A stretch of DNA of 54,863 nucleotides. It comes from a virus. Its lineage: Duplodnaviria > Caudoviricetes. The DNA is taken from positions 1 through 54,863 of IMG/VR virus record IMGVR_UViG_3300048586_000572. One strand, given 5' to 3'. The number at the start of each line of letters is the position of its first letter. Positions within the stretch are counted from its first letter, which is position 1. A model generated the notes under the pieces. It did not search any database and was not told the origin of the DNA. It was given only the letters and a program-made list of their open reading frames with translations. Shown here piece after piece: positions 44,809-52,435 of this stretch. The translations under genes and the position numbers were made by a program.

Positions 44809-45153
44809 CTAGCCGACCGGATGGCCGTCCAGGGCCTTGCCCTGGCGCCACGCGGTCTGCCGATACGCCAGGCTCTGCTGGGCAGCTGCGGCCGCCCCAA
44901 CGACGGCGACCTCGTGGGCGGCGAGCAACGCCATCAATGGCGCCTCGGGGTCGGGTGCGGCCGCCACGGTTGCTTGATGCCGACGCATAGGCGCCAGCGC
45001 CTGGGCGATCTTGGCCTCGATGCGCGCGCGGCATTCGGCAATCTGAACGGGGGACCGAGCCGAGGCTGGCGGAATCGGCGCCGGGGCCGGTCCGATTTTG
45101 AGTTGCGGGGCGTCGGCGTCAGAGAACGGGTTGAGCCAGTCATCGCTGTTCAT
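44809..45153 (-). CDS. Hypothetical protein
   Basis: 114 aa, ATGA-coupled. Confidence 0.55.
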   Translation of the reverse strand: MNSDDWLNPFSDADAPQLKIGPAPAPIPPASARSPVQIAECRARIEAKIAQALAPMRRHQATVAAAPDPEAPLMALLAAHEVAVVGAAAAAQQSLAYRQTAWRQGKALDGHPVG

Positions 45154-45455
45154 GACGCCCTCCACGCCCGGACGCGGGCTCTCGCTGTGTCGGTGACCCG
45201 GTACACCGATGCCTGGGTGCCCATGACGTGCCTGGTGAGCAGTCCGACCGAGAAGAGCTCAACGATCGGCGTGATCAGGTGTTCGTCCAGCGTGCCGTCG
45301 TCGACGAAGTCGCTGCCGGCGTCGATCGCCGAAACTAGGACATGCTCGGCGCGGCAGCTGGCATAGCGGAAAATCACGCCACCCCACTCCTCAGTGTCGT
45401 TATCCGCCGTCGGCGGGTGGACGTCTTTGATCACGGCCGTACAGTGCATCATCAT
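45150..45455 (-). CDS. Hypothetical protein
   Basis: ~100 aa, GGAGG RBS. Confidence 0.55.
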   Translation of the reverse strand: MMMHCTAVIKDVHPPTADNDTEEWGGVIFRYASCRAEHVLVSAIDAGSDFVDDGTLDEHLITPIVELFSVGLLTRHVMGTQASVYRVTDTARARVRAWRAS

Positions 45456-45591
45456 AGAGCTGCCTCCAGCGAGGTGGGTGGGGCAGCGTGGGTGTCGCCG
45501 GCCCACTCCTCATGATAGCGATTCGTTTTTTCCCTGCTGGCGGGGGCCGTGCTAACCAGGGTTACGGGCGCTCCTGCTCGCGGGGGCGGCC

Positions 45592-46191
45592 ATGGGCTTG
45601 CTGGATTTCATCTTTCGCCGCGGGCCGTCCAAGGCGGAGCAAGCGGAGCGCATGCTCGATTACGGCGGCTTCCTTGCCCGCCTGAACCATCATGCAGATC
45701 GTCTCGGGGGCGGCAGGGAACAGCCGTTCGAGCTCCGGTTGTCCCTCTTCCTGATCTTCGCCGCCGGATGCGTCCGAGAGCGGAACGGCATGGCCGAGCT
45801 GTCGCGGGCAACTACCCTCAACGAGGCGATCGCGATGAACATCCTGTTGACGCAGGGAGCGCACACGCTGGCAGACCGCTACTTCCAGGAAAGGGCTCGC
45901 GGCGAAGAAGCCAAACTGGCAGTAAGTAGGATCGTCCTATTCATCCTGGCCAAGGCGTTCGGTCTCGACGACACGGACCTGGACAACGACCCGTTCGCCC
46001 TCAAGGTTATGGGGATGACCGGCGCCGCGATGAGGCAGTCGCGGCAACTGGTGCCAGGTCTCCTGGATCGCGTGGCCGAAAGCTGGGATGCGTTCTTCCG
46101 AGACGACGCGGCGCTAGACGACCTGGTCAGGGCCTATCTCGCGACATGCGACTACGCCGATCATTTCATGCGCCCCGCGCCCGCGGCTTGA
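45592..46191 (+). CDS. Hypothetical protein, opposite strand to neighbours (moron-like)
   Basis: 199-aa helical ORF. Confidence 0.65.
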   Translation: MGLLDFIFRRGPSKAEQAERMLDYGGFLARLNHHADRLGGGREQPFELRLSLFLIFAAGCVRERNGMAELSRATTLNEAIAMNILLTQGAHTLADRYFQERARGEEAKLAVSRIVLFILAKAFGLDDTDLDNDPFALKVMGMTGAAMRQSRQLVPGLLDRVAESWDAFFRDDAALDDLVRAYLATCDYADHFMRPAPAA

Positions 46192-46388
46192 CCTCGGCAC
46201 TCCTCCAGGGCCCTGACCGCCGCGATGGCAACCCGCCGCGGGCTGGTGTGCCACACCTTGCTCGGTGGCTCCGGAGCGTCCTCCCGGACGCCCCAGGTGC
46301 CGGTGTAGGCGTGCTCCCATGCCCGAAAGTCGCGGTCCAGCTCCGACTGGATCGCGGCCTCGACGATGGCGATCTCGGCCTCAGTCAC
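46161..46388 (-). CDS. Hypothetical protein
   Basis: 75 aa in overlapping-gene chain. Confidence 0.5.
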   Translation of the reverse strand: MTEAEIAIVEAAIQSELDRDFRAWEHAYTGTWGVREDAPEPPSKVWHTSPRRVAIAAVRALEECRGQAAGAGRMK

Positions 46389-46752
46389 GGTCGGACCTCG
46401 TCAGCGCGGCCATGACCTTGATCTTGGCGACTTTGCTGGCTCGATAGCGGGCCGCCACTCCAGGGCCGCTCAGGCAATAGGGCGCGACAACCCTTTCGAC
46501 CCAGCCAGCCTGGTAGAGCTCGAAGAGCGCCTTGATGACGCCGGGGGACACCGTGGCATCGTGCATGAACTCCGTGCCATCGCAAACGCACGACACGATC
46601 AGGGCCTCGGCCTCAAGTGTGAGGCCGTCGAACAGCCTGCCGGGCTCGCCGGCGGCCGCCTTCCTCCGCGCAGCAGGATCGTCGCCAGTTGGCGGCACCT
46701 TTGACAACGGGAACCGGTCAGCCCAGTCTTGGTAAGAGACGCCGTTACTCAT
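46381..46752 (-). CDS. Hypothetical protein
   Basis: 123 aa in overlapping-gene chain, GGAGG RBS. Confidence 0.55.
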   Translation of the reverse strand: MSNGVSYQDWADRFPLSKVPPTGDDPAARRKAAAGEPGRLFDGLTLEAEALIVSCVCDGTEFMHDATVSPGVIKALFELYQAGWVERVVAPYCLSGPGVAARYRASKVAKIKVMAALTRSDRD

Positions 46753-46993
46753 GAGGCACCTCCCCGACGTCCACCGACACCGGGGGATGCTCGTCGCCCA
46801 GCACGCGCAGCACCACCGGCGCGCCGACGACGATGCGGGCGATCTCGTCCGGCGTCGGGTGCCAAGCCGTCTCCATGGCGGGAACCAAGCCGTTGACCGT
46901 GCAGCGCACGATGACGTCGCGGACCGGCAGGCCGATGTAGCCTTGCGATTTGCCGAGGTCGCGGGTGGTGCCGAGGATGCGGCCGGCGATCAT
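46745..46993 (-). CDS. Hypothetical phage protein
   Basis: 82 aa; GLPVRD...TAWHPTPDE...HPPV. Confidence 0.65.
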   Translation of the reverse strand: MIAGRILGTTRDLGKSQGYIGLPVRDVIVRCTVNGLVPAMETAWHPTPDEIARIVVGAPVVLRVLGDEHPPVSVDVGEVPHE

Positions 46994-47241
46994 CGACGTT
47001 TCCTCCCCGGACGATCGAGGCAGGCACCAGCCAGTGCCTCGCGCTTCGCTTCCTCGATCGTCGTCACGCTCTCGGGCGCCCAGCCGTCGTATAGATAGCC
47101 ACCCTCGTGGACGTTGACGCGGATGTAGAAGAGGCCGTGCCCGAATTCGTCCTCGTCGGTGTCTTCGTCCAGATCGATGGCGATGTCGCAGCCCTTATGC
47201 GTGCCCCGGAACCGCTTTGCCGTCTGCTCGGTGATGCGCAT
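46990..47241 (-). CDS. Hypothetical protein
   Basis: 83 aa, GGAGG RBS. Confidence 0.6.
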   Translation of the reverse strand: MRITEQTAKRFRGTHKGCDIAIDLDEDTDEDEFGHGLFYIRVNVHEGGYLYDGWAPESVTTIEEAKREALAGACLDRPGRKRR

Positions 47242-47243
47242 TA

Positions 47244-47699
47244 TCAGCCCTCCAGGCGTTCGAGGATGCGGACGAGCCGCGTGTGCGCCGTCTCCAGCGC
47301 CGCGATGGCGCCCGCGGCCTGGCCGTCGCCCAGTTCGCGCGACGCGATGACGAGCTGAGTGAGGTGCCCCAGCATGACCGAGGCGGCCGCCAATTCCGCC
47401 GGGGGCACCCGAGCGCCGTCGAGGCGGTCGATAACAGCCGGGTCACCCAAATGATCAGCCACGAGGCGCCGGACATATGCCGAGGTGCCGGAGCCCTCCG
47501 CCCGAGCAGCCGCGACGACCTTGGCGTAGAGGTCAGCGGTCAGCTGGACGCCAAGGTGTCGGAAGCCGAGTTTCGCCTTCCTACGGGGTCCACGGGGAGC
47601 ATCCCCTGGCTGGCCGGACACCCCAGGGTCCGTTGGGCGGGGGAAAGCGGAATGCTTTTCAACGCCCATGCCTGGCTTAAACTCTGTGCTGCTCTGCAC
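47244..47699 (-). CDS. MobC-like ribbon-helix-helix relaxosome accessory protein
   Basis: LGVQLT...AARAEGSGTSAYVRRLV and LGHLTQL (MobC GNNLNQ-like). Confidence 0.7.
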   Translation of the reverse strand: MQSSTEFKPGMGVEKHSAFPRPTDPGVSGQPGDAPRGPRRKAKLGFRHLGVQLTADLYAKVVAAARAEGSGTSAYVRRLVADHLGDPAVIDRLDGARVPPAELAAASVMLGHLTQLVIASRELGDGQAAGAIAALETAHTRLVRILERLEG

Positions 47700-47741
47700 T
47701 GTCTGTCTCCGTTGAAAACTCGCGTTGAAAACTGCTGCCGA

Positions 47742-48542
47742 TCACGGCCCGCCGGGTCCCGACGGATCACCGTCGTCGTCTGAAGCGGGCTTAGCTGCCT
47801 CCTCCGGGGGCGTCCGGGGCATCTCCGAGTCTTCCTCGTCGTCCTTAGCTGCCCTTGCGACGCGGCCGCGCCCGCCGCCCTGCTCAGGCTCAGTTGTCGG
47901 AACATCTGCTTCGACGGCGGCGGCCGCTGGGGCTGCGGGGGCACGCCTGCCCTGCCCGCCTGCACCAGCGCGCGCTGCTCGCAGCCGGTCGCGCTCCAGC
48001 AGTCGCTGCTCGATGTCGGCGGGAATGACGATCGGATCGGGGATCGGGCGGCCTAGACGCCGTGCTTGGTCGGCCGCGGTGCGCTCTAGGCCGCGCACAC
48101 TGGCCCAGAGGTCGAGATTAGCATTCAGGTCCCGATCGATCCCGTCAGCGAAACCCGTCTCGCGTCCCTCGTCACCGATCTTGTCGACGGGGATCATTGG
48201 GATCGGCCGGCCGGCTAGGACCAGTGCCTCAAAAAACGCCCGGCGGCGGGGACCCAAGACGTCCTTTGCGCGCGAAAAGTACGCTGCCGACGGCTTAGAG
48301 CCGACCTGGCCGACGTGACGGGCATAGACGTCGGCCGCGCCGCCGATCGTCGAGACAGCGCGTGCAGCGCGGATGGCTTCGTCGTCGACCGCACGCTGGC
48401 GGTCGGCTTCGCGCTGACGACGGGCGGCCGCCTGTTCCGATGCCGAAGGCATCCTGGCACGGGCAGTCGGCCGCCTCGGCTTCGGCGCGACCTTGGCGAA
48501 ACCGAAAAGACTGATCAGGGCGTGCAGCATGATGGGCCTCAT
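47742..48542 (-). CDS. Hypothetical protein
   Basis: 266 aa with low-complexity tail; motif B upstream. Confidence 0.6.
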   Translation of the reverse strand: MRPIMLHALISLFGFAKVAPKPRRPTARARMPSASEQAAARRQREADRQRAVDDEAIRAARAVSTIGGAADVYARHVGQVGSKPSAAYFSRAKDVLGPRRRAFFEALVLAGRPIPMIPVDKIGDEGRETGFADGIDRDLNANLDLWASVRGLERTAADQARRLGRPIPDPIVIPADIEQRLLERDRLRAARAGAGGQGRRAPAAPAAAAVEADVPTTEPEQGGGRGRVARAAKDDEEDSEMPRTPPEEAAKPASDDDGDPSGPGGP

Positions 48543-48557
48543 GTGTGGTGAGGCCGT

Positions 48558-48600
48558 ATTGTCCGCGCGGCGGACGAAAGAGACGATATCGTCTCTTTCG
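48558..48600. promoter_or_regulatory. Back-to-back motif B forming a perfect 26-bp palindrome between divergent genes
   Basis: CGAAAGAGACGATATCGTCTCTTTCG at 48575-48600, ATTGTCC at 48558. Confidence 0.8.
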
Positions 48601-48656
48601 AGGTCCGGGGGCAGTCTGTGCAGCGTTCGAATTCGCGACGCAACCCCGAGGTCACC

Positions 48657-49127
48657 ATGACAGTGCTACACGCCCACCCGCAGCCGGCGGCCGCTCCGCC
48701 AGAGGCCCGCGCCTTCAATAAGGAGGTCGCGGCCGCCGCACATTTCCTGGAATTCACACGCGGACACCGCCTCGCCACGCAACTGAAGATGTGGGCCAAG
48801 CTGCGGACGGGTTGGGATGGACCCGGATCTCTTCCAATGGACCGGGAGTGCTGCATCGCCCTCGCGAGCCTGATCGTCCATTGTCCTCCCGACTGGGCAC
48901 CGCACTGGTCGCTGGTTCCGCATCCGCACGGCGCGCTCGAAGCACGGCTGGTGCTGCCCGACGATATCGGTCGCGCATCCGTCCACGCATGGCGAGTGGA
49001 GGGGGAGGTGCGATACTGTCTGTTGATCGGCGGCGACGAGCCCCGCTACTTCACCTGGACGGATCCGGTTATCGCCGCTCTCATGGTCCGGTTTCCCCTC
49101 GGCCTGGTCGACACGCTCGACGAGTGA
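48657..49127 (+). CDS. Hypothetical protein
   Basis: 156 aa, GAGG RBS, GWDGPGS motif. Confidence 0.6.
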   Translation: MTVLHAHPQPAAAPPEARAFNKEVAAAAHFLEFTRGHRLATQLKMWAKLRTGWDGPGSLPMDRECCIALASLIVHCPPDWAPHWSLVPHPHGALEARLVLPDDIGRASVHAWRVEGEVRYCLLIGGDEPRYFTWTDPVIAALMVRFPLGLVDTLDE

Positions 49128-49133
49128 GGTTCC

Positions 49134-49970
49134 TCACCCGGGGGTCCGGGTGAGGTAATCGACGGCCTGGCTCGCCTTTGCCGCGGCAGTAAAGATTGCC
49201 CTGCTGTCGCCGCGCAGGAGCGTCAGCCAGCTGGCGATGTACGATGCGTGCTGCTGGTGCGGCTCGCTCGGCAGCCCCAGGGTTGCCAGCGTGAAGGCGG
49301 CTCCCAGTTCAGCCACGAGTTCTTCCGCGGCGTAGGCTGCCGTCTTGAAGCGGCCGCTGAGGTCGCGATCGAGGCGGCTCTTGGCGCCGGTCCAGTGCAC
49401 CAGTTCGTGCGCTAGCGTGCTTGTGAACCCGGTGGTGGAATGGAACGCGGCCCTGGGGGGCATCCGGATCTCGTCCAAGGACGGCGCGTAGCAGGCGGTC
49501 GACCCGGTCTCGTGAACGATGGCCCCGGTCTCAGCGACGAATCGATCGAACTCCGGGGGTGGCTCGGCACCTGCTGGCGAAACCGAATCGATAGCGGCCG
49601 CGCCATCGACCTGGTGGGCATTGAAGACGAATGATGCCCGGGCAATGAAACGGCGGCCATCGTCGCCCTCGCCTTCGGGTTCGACCCGATGGTCTTTGTA
49701 GAAGACGATCAGTGAGGACCTCTCGCCTTTCCGCACCTGGGCGCCGGCCTCGGCCCACTGCTTGTATGTGGCCCAGCGGCTGTCGGCGTAGCCGTTCGCC
49801 TGAGCGGCGCACCAGAGGCTGAGGATGTTGACGCCTCTATATGCTTTGCGGCTGACCGCATTGGTTGGAAGGCCTCCGCTGGCTCGGTTCCAGGGGCACT
49901 GCCAGTCGCCTGGCTTCACGGTCTCCAGGGCGGCGATGATCGAGTTGGTGATGGTCTCGTGAATGTCCAT
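49134..49970 (-). CDS. ardC: ArdC-family antirestriction / ssDNA-binding protein
   Basis: PW...YRGVN, WATYKQW...VRKGE, VFNAHQ, HELVHWTG, YAAEELVAE, YIASW. Confidence 0.9.
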   Translation of the reverse strand: MDIHETITNSIIAALETVKPGDWQCPWNRASGGLPTNAVSRKAYRGVNILSLWCAAQANGYADSRWATYKQWAEAGAQVRKGERSSLIVFYKDHRVEPEGEGDDGRRFIARASFVFNAHQVDGAAAIDSVSPAGAEPPPEFDRFVAETGAIVHETGSTACYAPSLDEIRMPPRAAFHSTTGFTSTLAHELVHWTGAKSRLDRDLSGRFKTAAYAAEELVAELGAAFTLATLGLPSEPHQQHASYIASWLTLLRGDSRAIFTAAAKASQAVDYLTRTPG

Positions 49971-50029
49971 GACGCTCTCCTTCGAATTGAGAAGCCCGCC
50001 GGGGTTACCGGCGGGCTGGATTGAAGGGG

Positions 50030-50350
50030 TCAGCCGCGCTCGGCCTGGCGGTCCCACACCAGCGGCCATTCGGTCGCTTTGGGCTTGCGGGGCTGGAACA
50101 GTGCCGCGCGGATGGTGCAGGGGAGCGAGGGGTCCGAGATCGTCACGCTCAGGAAGGCGTTGCCCGTCTTGCTCTGCCGCCTCCAGGCGCCGCCAACTTC
50201 GCGCCCGAGGTGCATTACCCGGAAGTCGGGTGCCTTTTCCGAGGTGCTCTCGAACGGGACCAGTTCGAGCTCGGCCTGGATCGTGAGGGTGTTCAGGGAG
50301 CCGATATAGCCGCCGGTGCCGGTCGTGGTGAAAAGCCCGATGTCGATCAT
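50030..50350 (-). CDS. DUF736 family protein
   Basis: IG.F...G...TL...APDFRV...EVGGAW...FLSV...DPS. Confidence 0.85.
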   Translation of the reverse strand: MIDIGLFTTTGTGGYIGSLNTLTIQAELELVPFESTSEKAPDFRVMHLGREVGGAWRRQSKTGNAFLSVTISDPSLPCTIRAALFQPRKPKATEWPLVWDRQAERG

Positions 50351-50568
50351 GGAATCTCTCCGTCTTTCCGGTCGCCCGATTGCGACCGCGTGGCGGCCTG
50401 GGAGACGGAAGGGAGCGGCTGCACCGCAGGCCGGAACGGAGTGGAGGAGCGCGCCAGCGCTTGCAGCTTCAACGATCGAGCGTCGTATGAACCGACACAA
50501 AGCGGTCCAACGGGCGGACAGCGCGGAGAGATTTGATCGCCTCGGGTCTCGATCTGACCAGGCGATTC

Positions 50569-50583
50569 GTTCTACATCTGTTC
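50569..50583. promoter_or_regulatory. Alphaproteobacterial LexA box
   Basis: GTTC-TACATCT-GTTC ending 4 bp before ATG 50587. Confidence 0.75.
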
Positions 50584-50586
50584 TCT

Positions 50587-50979
50587 ATGAGGTCCGACAT
50601 CCCGCCCGACGAAGAGACGCCCTTGAGCCGCTGGCCCTGGGTCGAGGTCCGGTTCCGCTGTCACTACTGCGCGCGGTGGGATGACGTGCGCCTGGCAATG
50701 CTGTCAGCGAAAAAGGGGCACGCATTAACCGTGGGCGCGCTCGTTCGGCAATGGGCAAGCCTGTGCCCATGGCATCATTCGAACCCAGCACGTAAGCCGC
50801 AAAAGTACGGCATGAAATGCGGGGCCAACTGTCCGGACCTGCGGACGTTTACGCCACCCGACATGCCGCCGGCGATGGGCGGCCTTGTGGTTGTCGAAGG
50901 GGGTAAGGCGGACATGCTGCCGGCGGAGCCGCGCCGCCAGGAACGTCGCCGTCGGATCGGTGGGGAAGACGAAGGCTAG
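50587..50979 (+). CDS. Small Cys-rich (putative Zn-binding) protein, probably SOS-inducible
   Basis: CHYC...CPW...CGANCPDL. Confidence 0.65.
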   Translation: MRSDIPPDEETPLSRWPWVEVRFRCHYCARWDDVRLAMLSAKKGHALTVGALVRQWASLCPWHHSNPARKPQKYGMKCGANCPDLRTFTPPDMPPAMGGLVVVEGGKADMLPAEPRRQERRRRIGGEDEG

Positions 50980-51090
50980 CGCGACGGCCAGAGGAAAGTT
51001 CTCAAAAGCCATTGCGGTTTTCATCGATGTCCATACATTGATGGACATGACGCTGGCATCCTGCCCGGCGTCGATGCAGGGAAACCGCAC

Positions 51091-51339
51091 ATGAGCCATA
51101 AGATCCCCGTTTACACGCACGCGCTTCGCCTCGGCATTAAGCTCTACGCAGATGGCACGTCCTTGCAGGACCTCGCGACAGTCATGCGGCGCGAGGCCGG
51201 GCTGAGCCAGTCCAACGACCGCGCTGCCGGGCTCCAGAAGGGTTTCATCGGCGTCGCCGAGTTGGCCGGCGACGTCGGCGCTATGGACCGTTTCTACAAG
51301 GCCCGCGAGATCGCCGCCGCTTCGCGCGAGGGGGCCTGA
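51091..51339 (+). CDS. Hypothetical protein
   Basis: 82 aa, first of three coupled ORFs. Confidence 0.55.
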   Translation: MSHKIPVYTHALRLGIKLYADGTSLQDLATVMRREAGLSQSNDRAAGLQKGFIGVAELAGDVGAMDRFYKAREIAAASREGA

Positions 51340-51341
51340 CG

Positions 51342-51680
51342 ATGACCAAGGAACAGCTTGAAGCCGCCGGGCGCCTGCTGCTTGGCGAGGAATGGAAACG
51401 GCCCCTGGCGAAGCTATTGGGCCCTTATCATCCGCAGGGCGCTAGGGAGAGCATGGACCCACGCTTGCCATTCCGCTGGGCATCGGGGGAGCGCCCGATC
51501 CCCGCGTGGGTCGACGTCGTCATTGAGATGATGCTGGAGCGGCGCGCGCAGCGGTACGAAAGGGCCGCAGTGGAGGCGCGCGCGCTCTCCGACGTGCTTC
51601 TCGATCAGCACCAGTTCAAGCACGACGACGAGTACGTGCGCCACGTCATCGAAGTTATGGCCAAGGAGGCGCAGTCATGA
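51342..51680 (+). CDS. Putative HTH DNA-binding protein
   Basis: GEEWKRPLAKLLG...RWASGERPIPAWV. Confidence 0.6.
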   Translation: MTKEQLEAAGRLLLGEEWKRPLAKLLGPYHPQGARESMDPRLPFRWASGERPIPAWVDVVIEMMLERRAQRYERAAVEARALSDVLLDQHQFKHDDEYVRHVIEVMAKEAQS

Positions 51681-52129
51681 AGCGCTTCTTCGAAGTCGGC
51701 GGCCGGGGATTCACGGTTTACGTCGCTTGCACCTCGACAGATCCCGCGAAAGTGAAGGCTGCCGCAGTCGAACGACTGACAGAGCTGGGCAGGACGGATC
51801 TGAAGCCGAAGGACCTCACGATCTTCATGTCCAAGGGCATGCGGCCCGGCGCATTCGCAAAGCGCTGGGTCTTGAACTTCGACGACCTCGACGAGACGAT
51901 CGCCGATATGCGTCGGGACCTTGCGCAGTATCCGGAGCTTGCGAACCCCGTAACTCCGGCGGGTCTGCGGGCGGACATAGAGGAGTTTCCCACTCCGCTA
52001 TGGGAGCAGGTCCGCAGCGAGTGGCCGCACGCGATGCGGATGCTAGGTACGGACACGGCGGCCCGGGCGACCTTCGACCGGACCTTCGACAGGCTGGTTG
52101 CCAAGCGCATGGCAGCCGCCGGCAGATAG
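51677..52129 (+). CDS. Hypothetical protein
   Basis: 150 aa, AAGGAGG RBS. Confidence 0.6.
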   Translation: MKRFFEVGGRGFTVYVACTSTDPAKVKAAAVERLTELGRTDLKPKDLTIFMSKGMRPGAFAKRWVLNFDDLDETIADMRRDLAQYPELANPVTPAGLRADIEEFPTPLWEQVRSEWPHAMRMLGTDTAARATFDRTFDRLVAKRMAAAGR

Positions 52130-52150
52130 CATCCTCGCGCCGTATCATCC

Positions 52151-52186
52151 AACGGCTCGACCCTCGGGGTCGGGCCGTTTTGCTTT
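52151..52186 (+). terminator. Intrinsic terminator
   Basis: AACGGCTCGACCC-TCG-GGGTCGGGCCGTT then T-rich tail. Confidence 0.7.
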
Positions 52187-52235
52187 GTCCACAGCAGCCG
52201 AGTCGCTGCCGGCGGACGCGCACACACCCGGGAAA

Positions 52236-52258
52236 TCTGGTATCGAACTGGTATCGCG
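52236..52258 (+). promoter_or_regulatory. Putative integrase arm-type binding sites
   Basis: TCTGGTATCGAACTGGTATCGCG, matching 1051-1073. Confidence 0.7.
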
Positions 52259-52325
52259 AGATTTTGGCCGGCCCCGGCTGGATGAAGCATTCCCTTGCAA
52301 GTGACTGCGGTTGCAAGGGAAAGGG

Positions 52326-52375
52326 GCTGGAGCGGGTACCGGGAATCGAACCCGGGTATTCAGCTTGGAAGGCTG
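52326..52375. repeat. att site, right copy (within intact tRNA)
   Basis: Identical to 885-934. Confidence 0.97.
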
Positions 52376-52401
52376 CTGCTCTACCATTGAGCTACACCCG
52401 C
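52328..52401 (-). tRNA. tRNA-Gly (anticodon TCC)
   Basis: GCGGGTGTAGCTCAATGGTAGAGCAGCAGCCTTCCAAGCTGAATACCCGGGTTCGATTCCCGGTACCCGCTCCA, 74 nt with CCA end. Confidence 0.97.
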
Positions 52402-52435
52402 GCTGCCCTCGAAATTCCCCAGCGGCGGCCGGAAG

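Larger units (their letters stand above)
885..52375. mobile_element. Integrated lambda-like siphoviral prophage, ~51.4 kb, in tRNA-Gly
   Basis: 50-bp terminal direct repeats, adjacent integrase, full head/tail/lysis modules. Confidence 0.95.

Noticed and set aside
41106-48600. Motif B as CRISPR repeats or integron attC sites
   Set aside because: Spacing is gene-sized and irregular, copies lie upstream of starts and lack attC dyad structure
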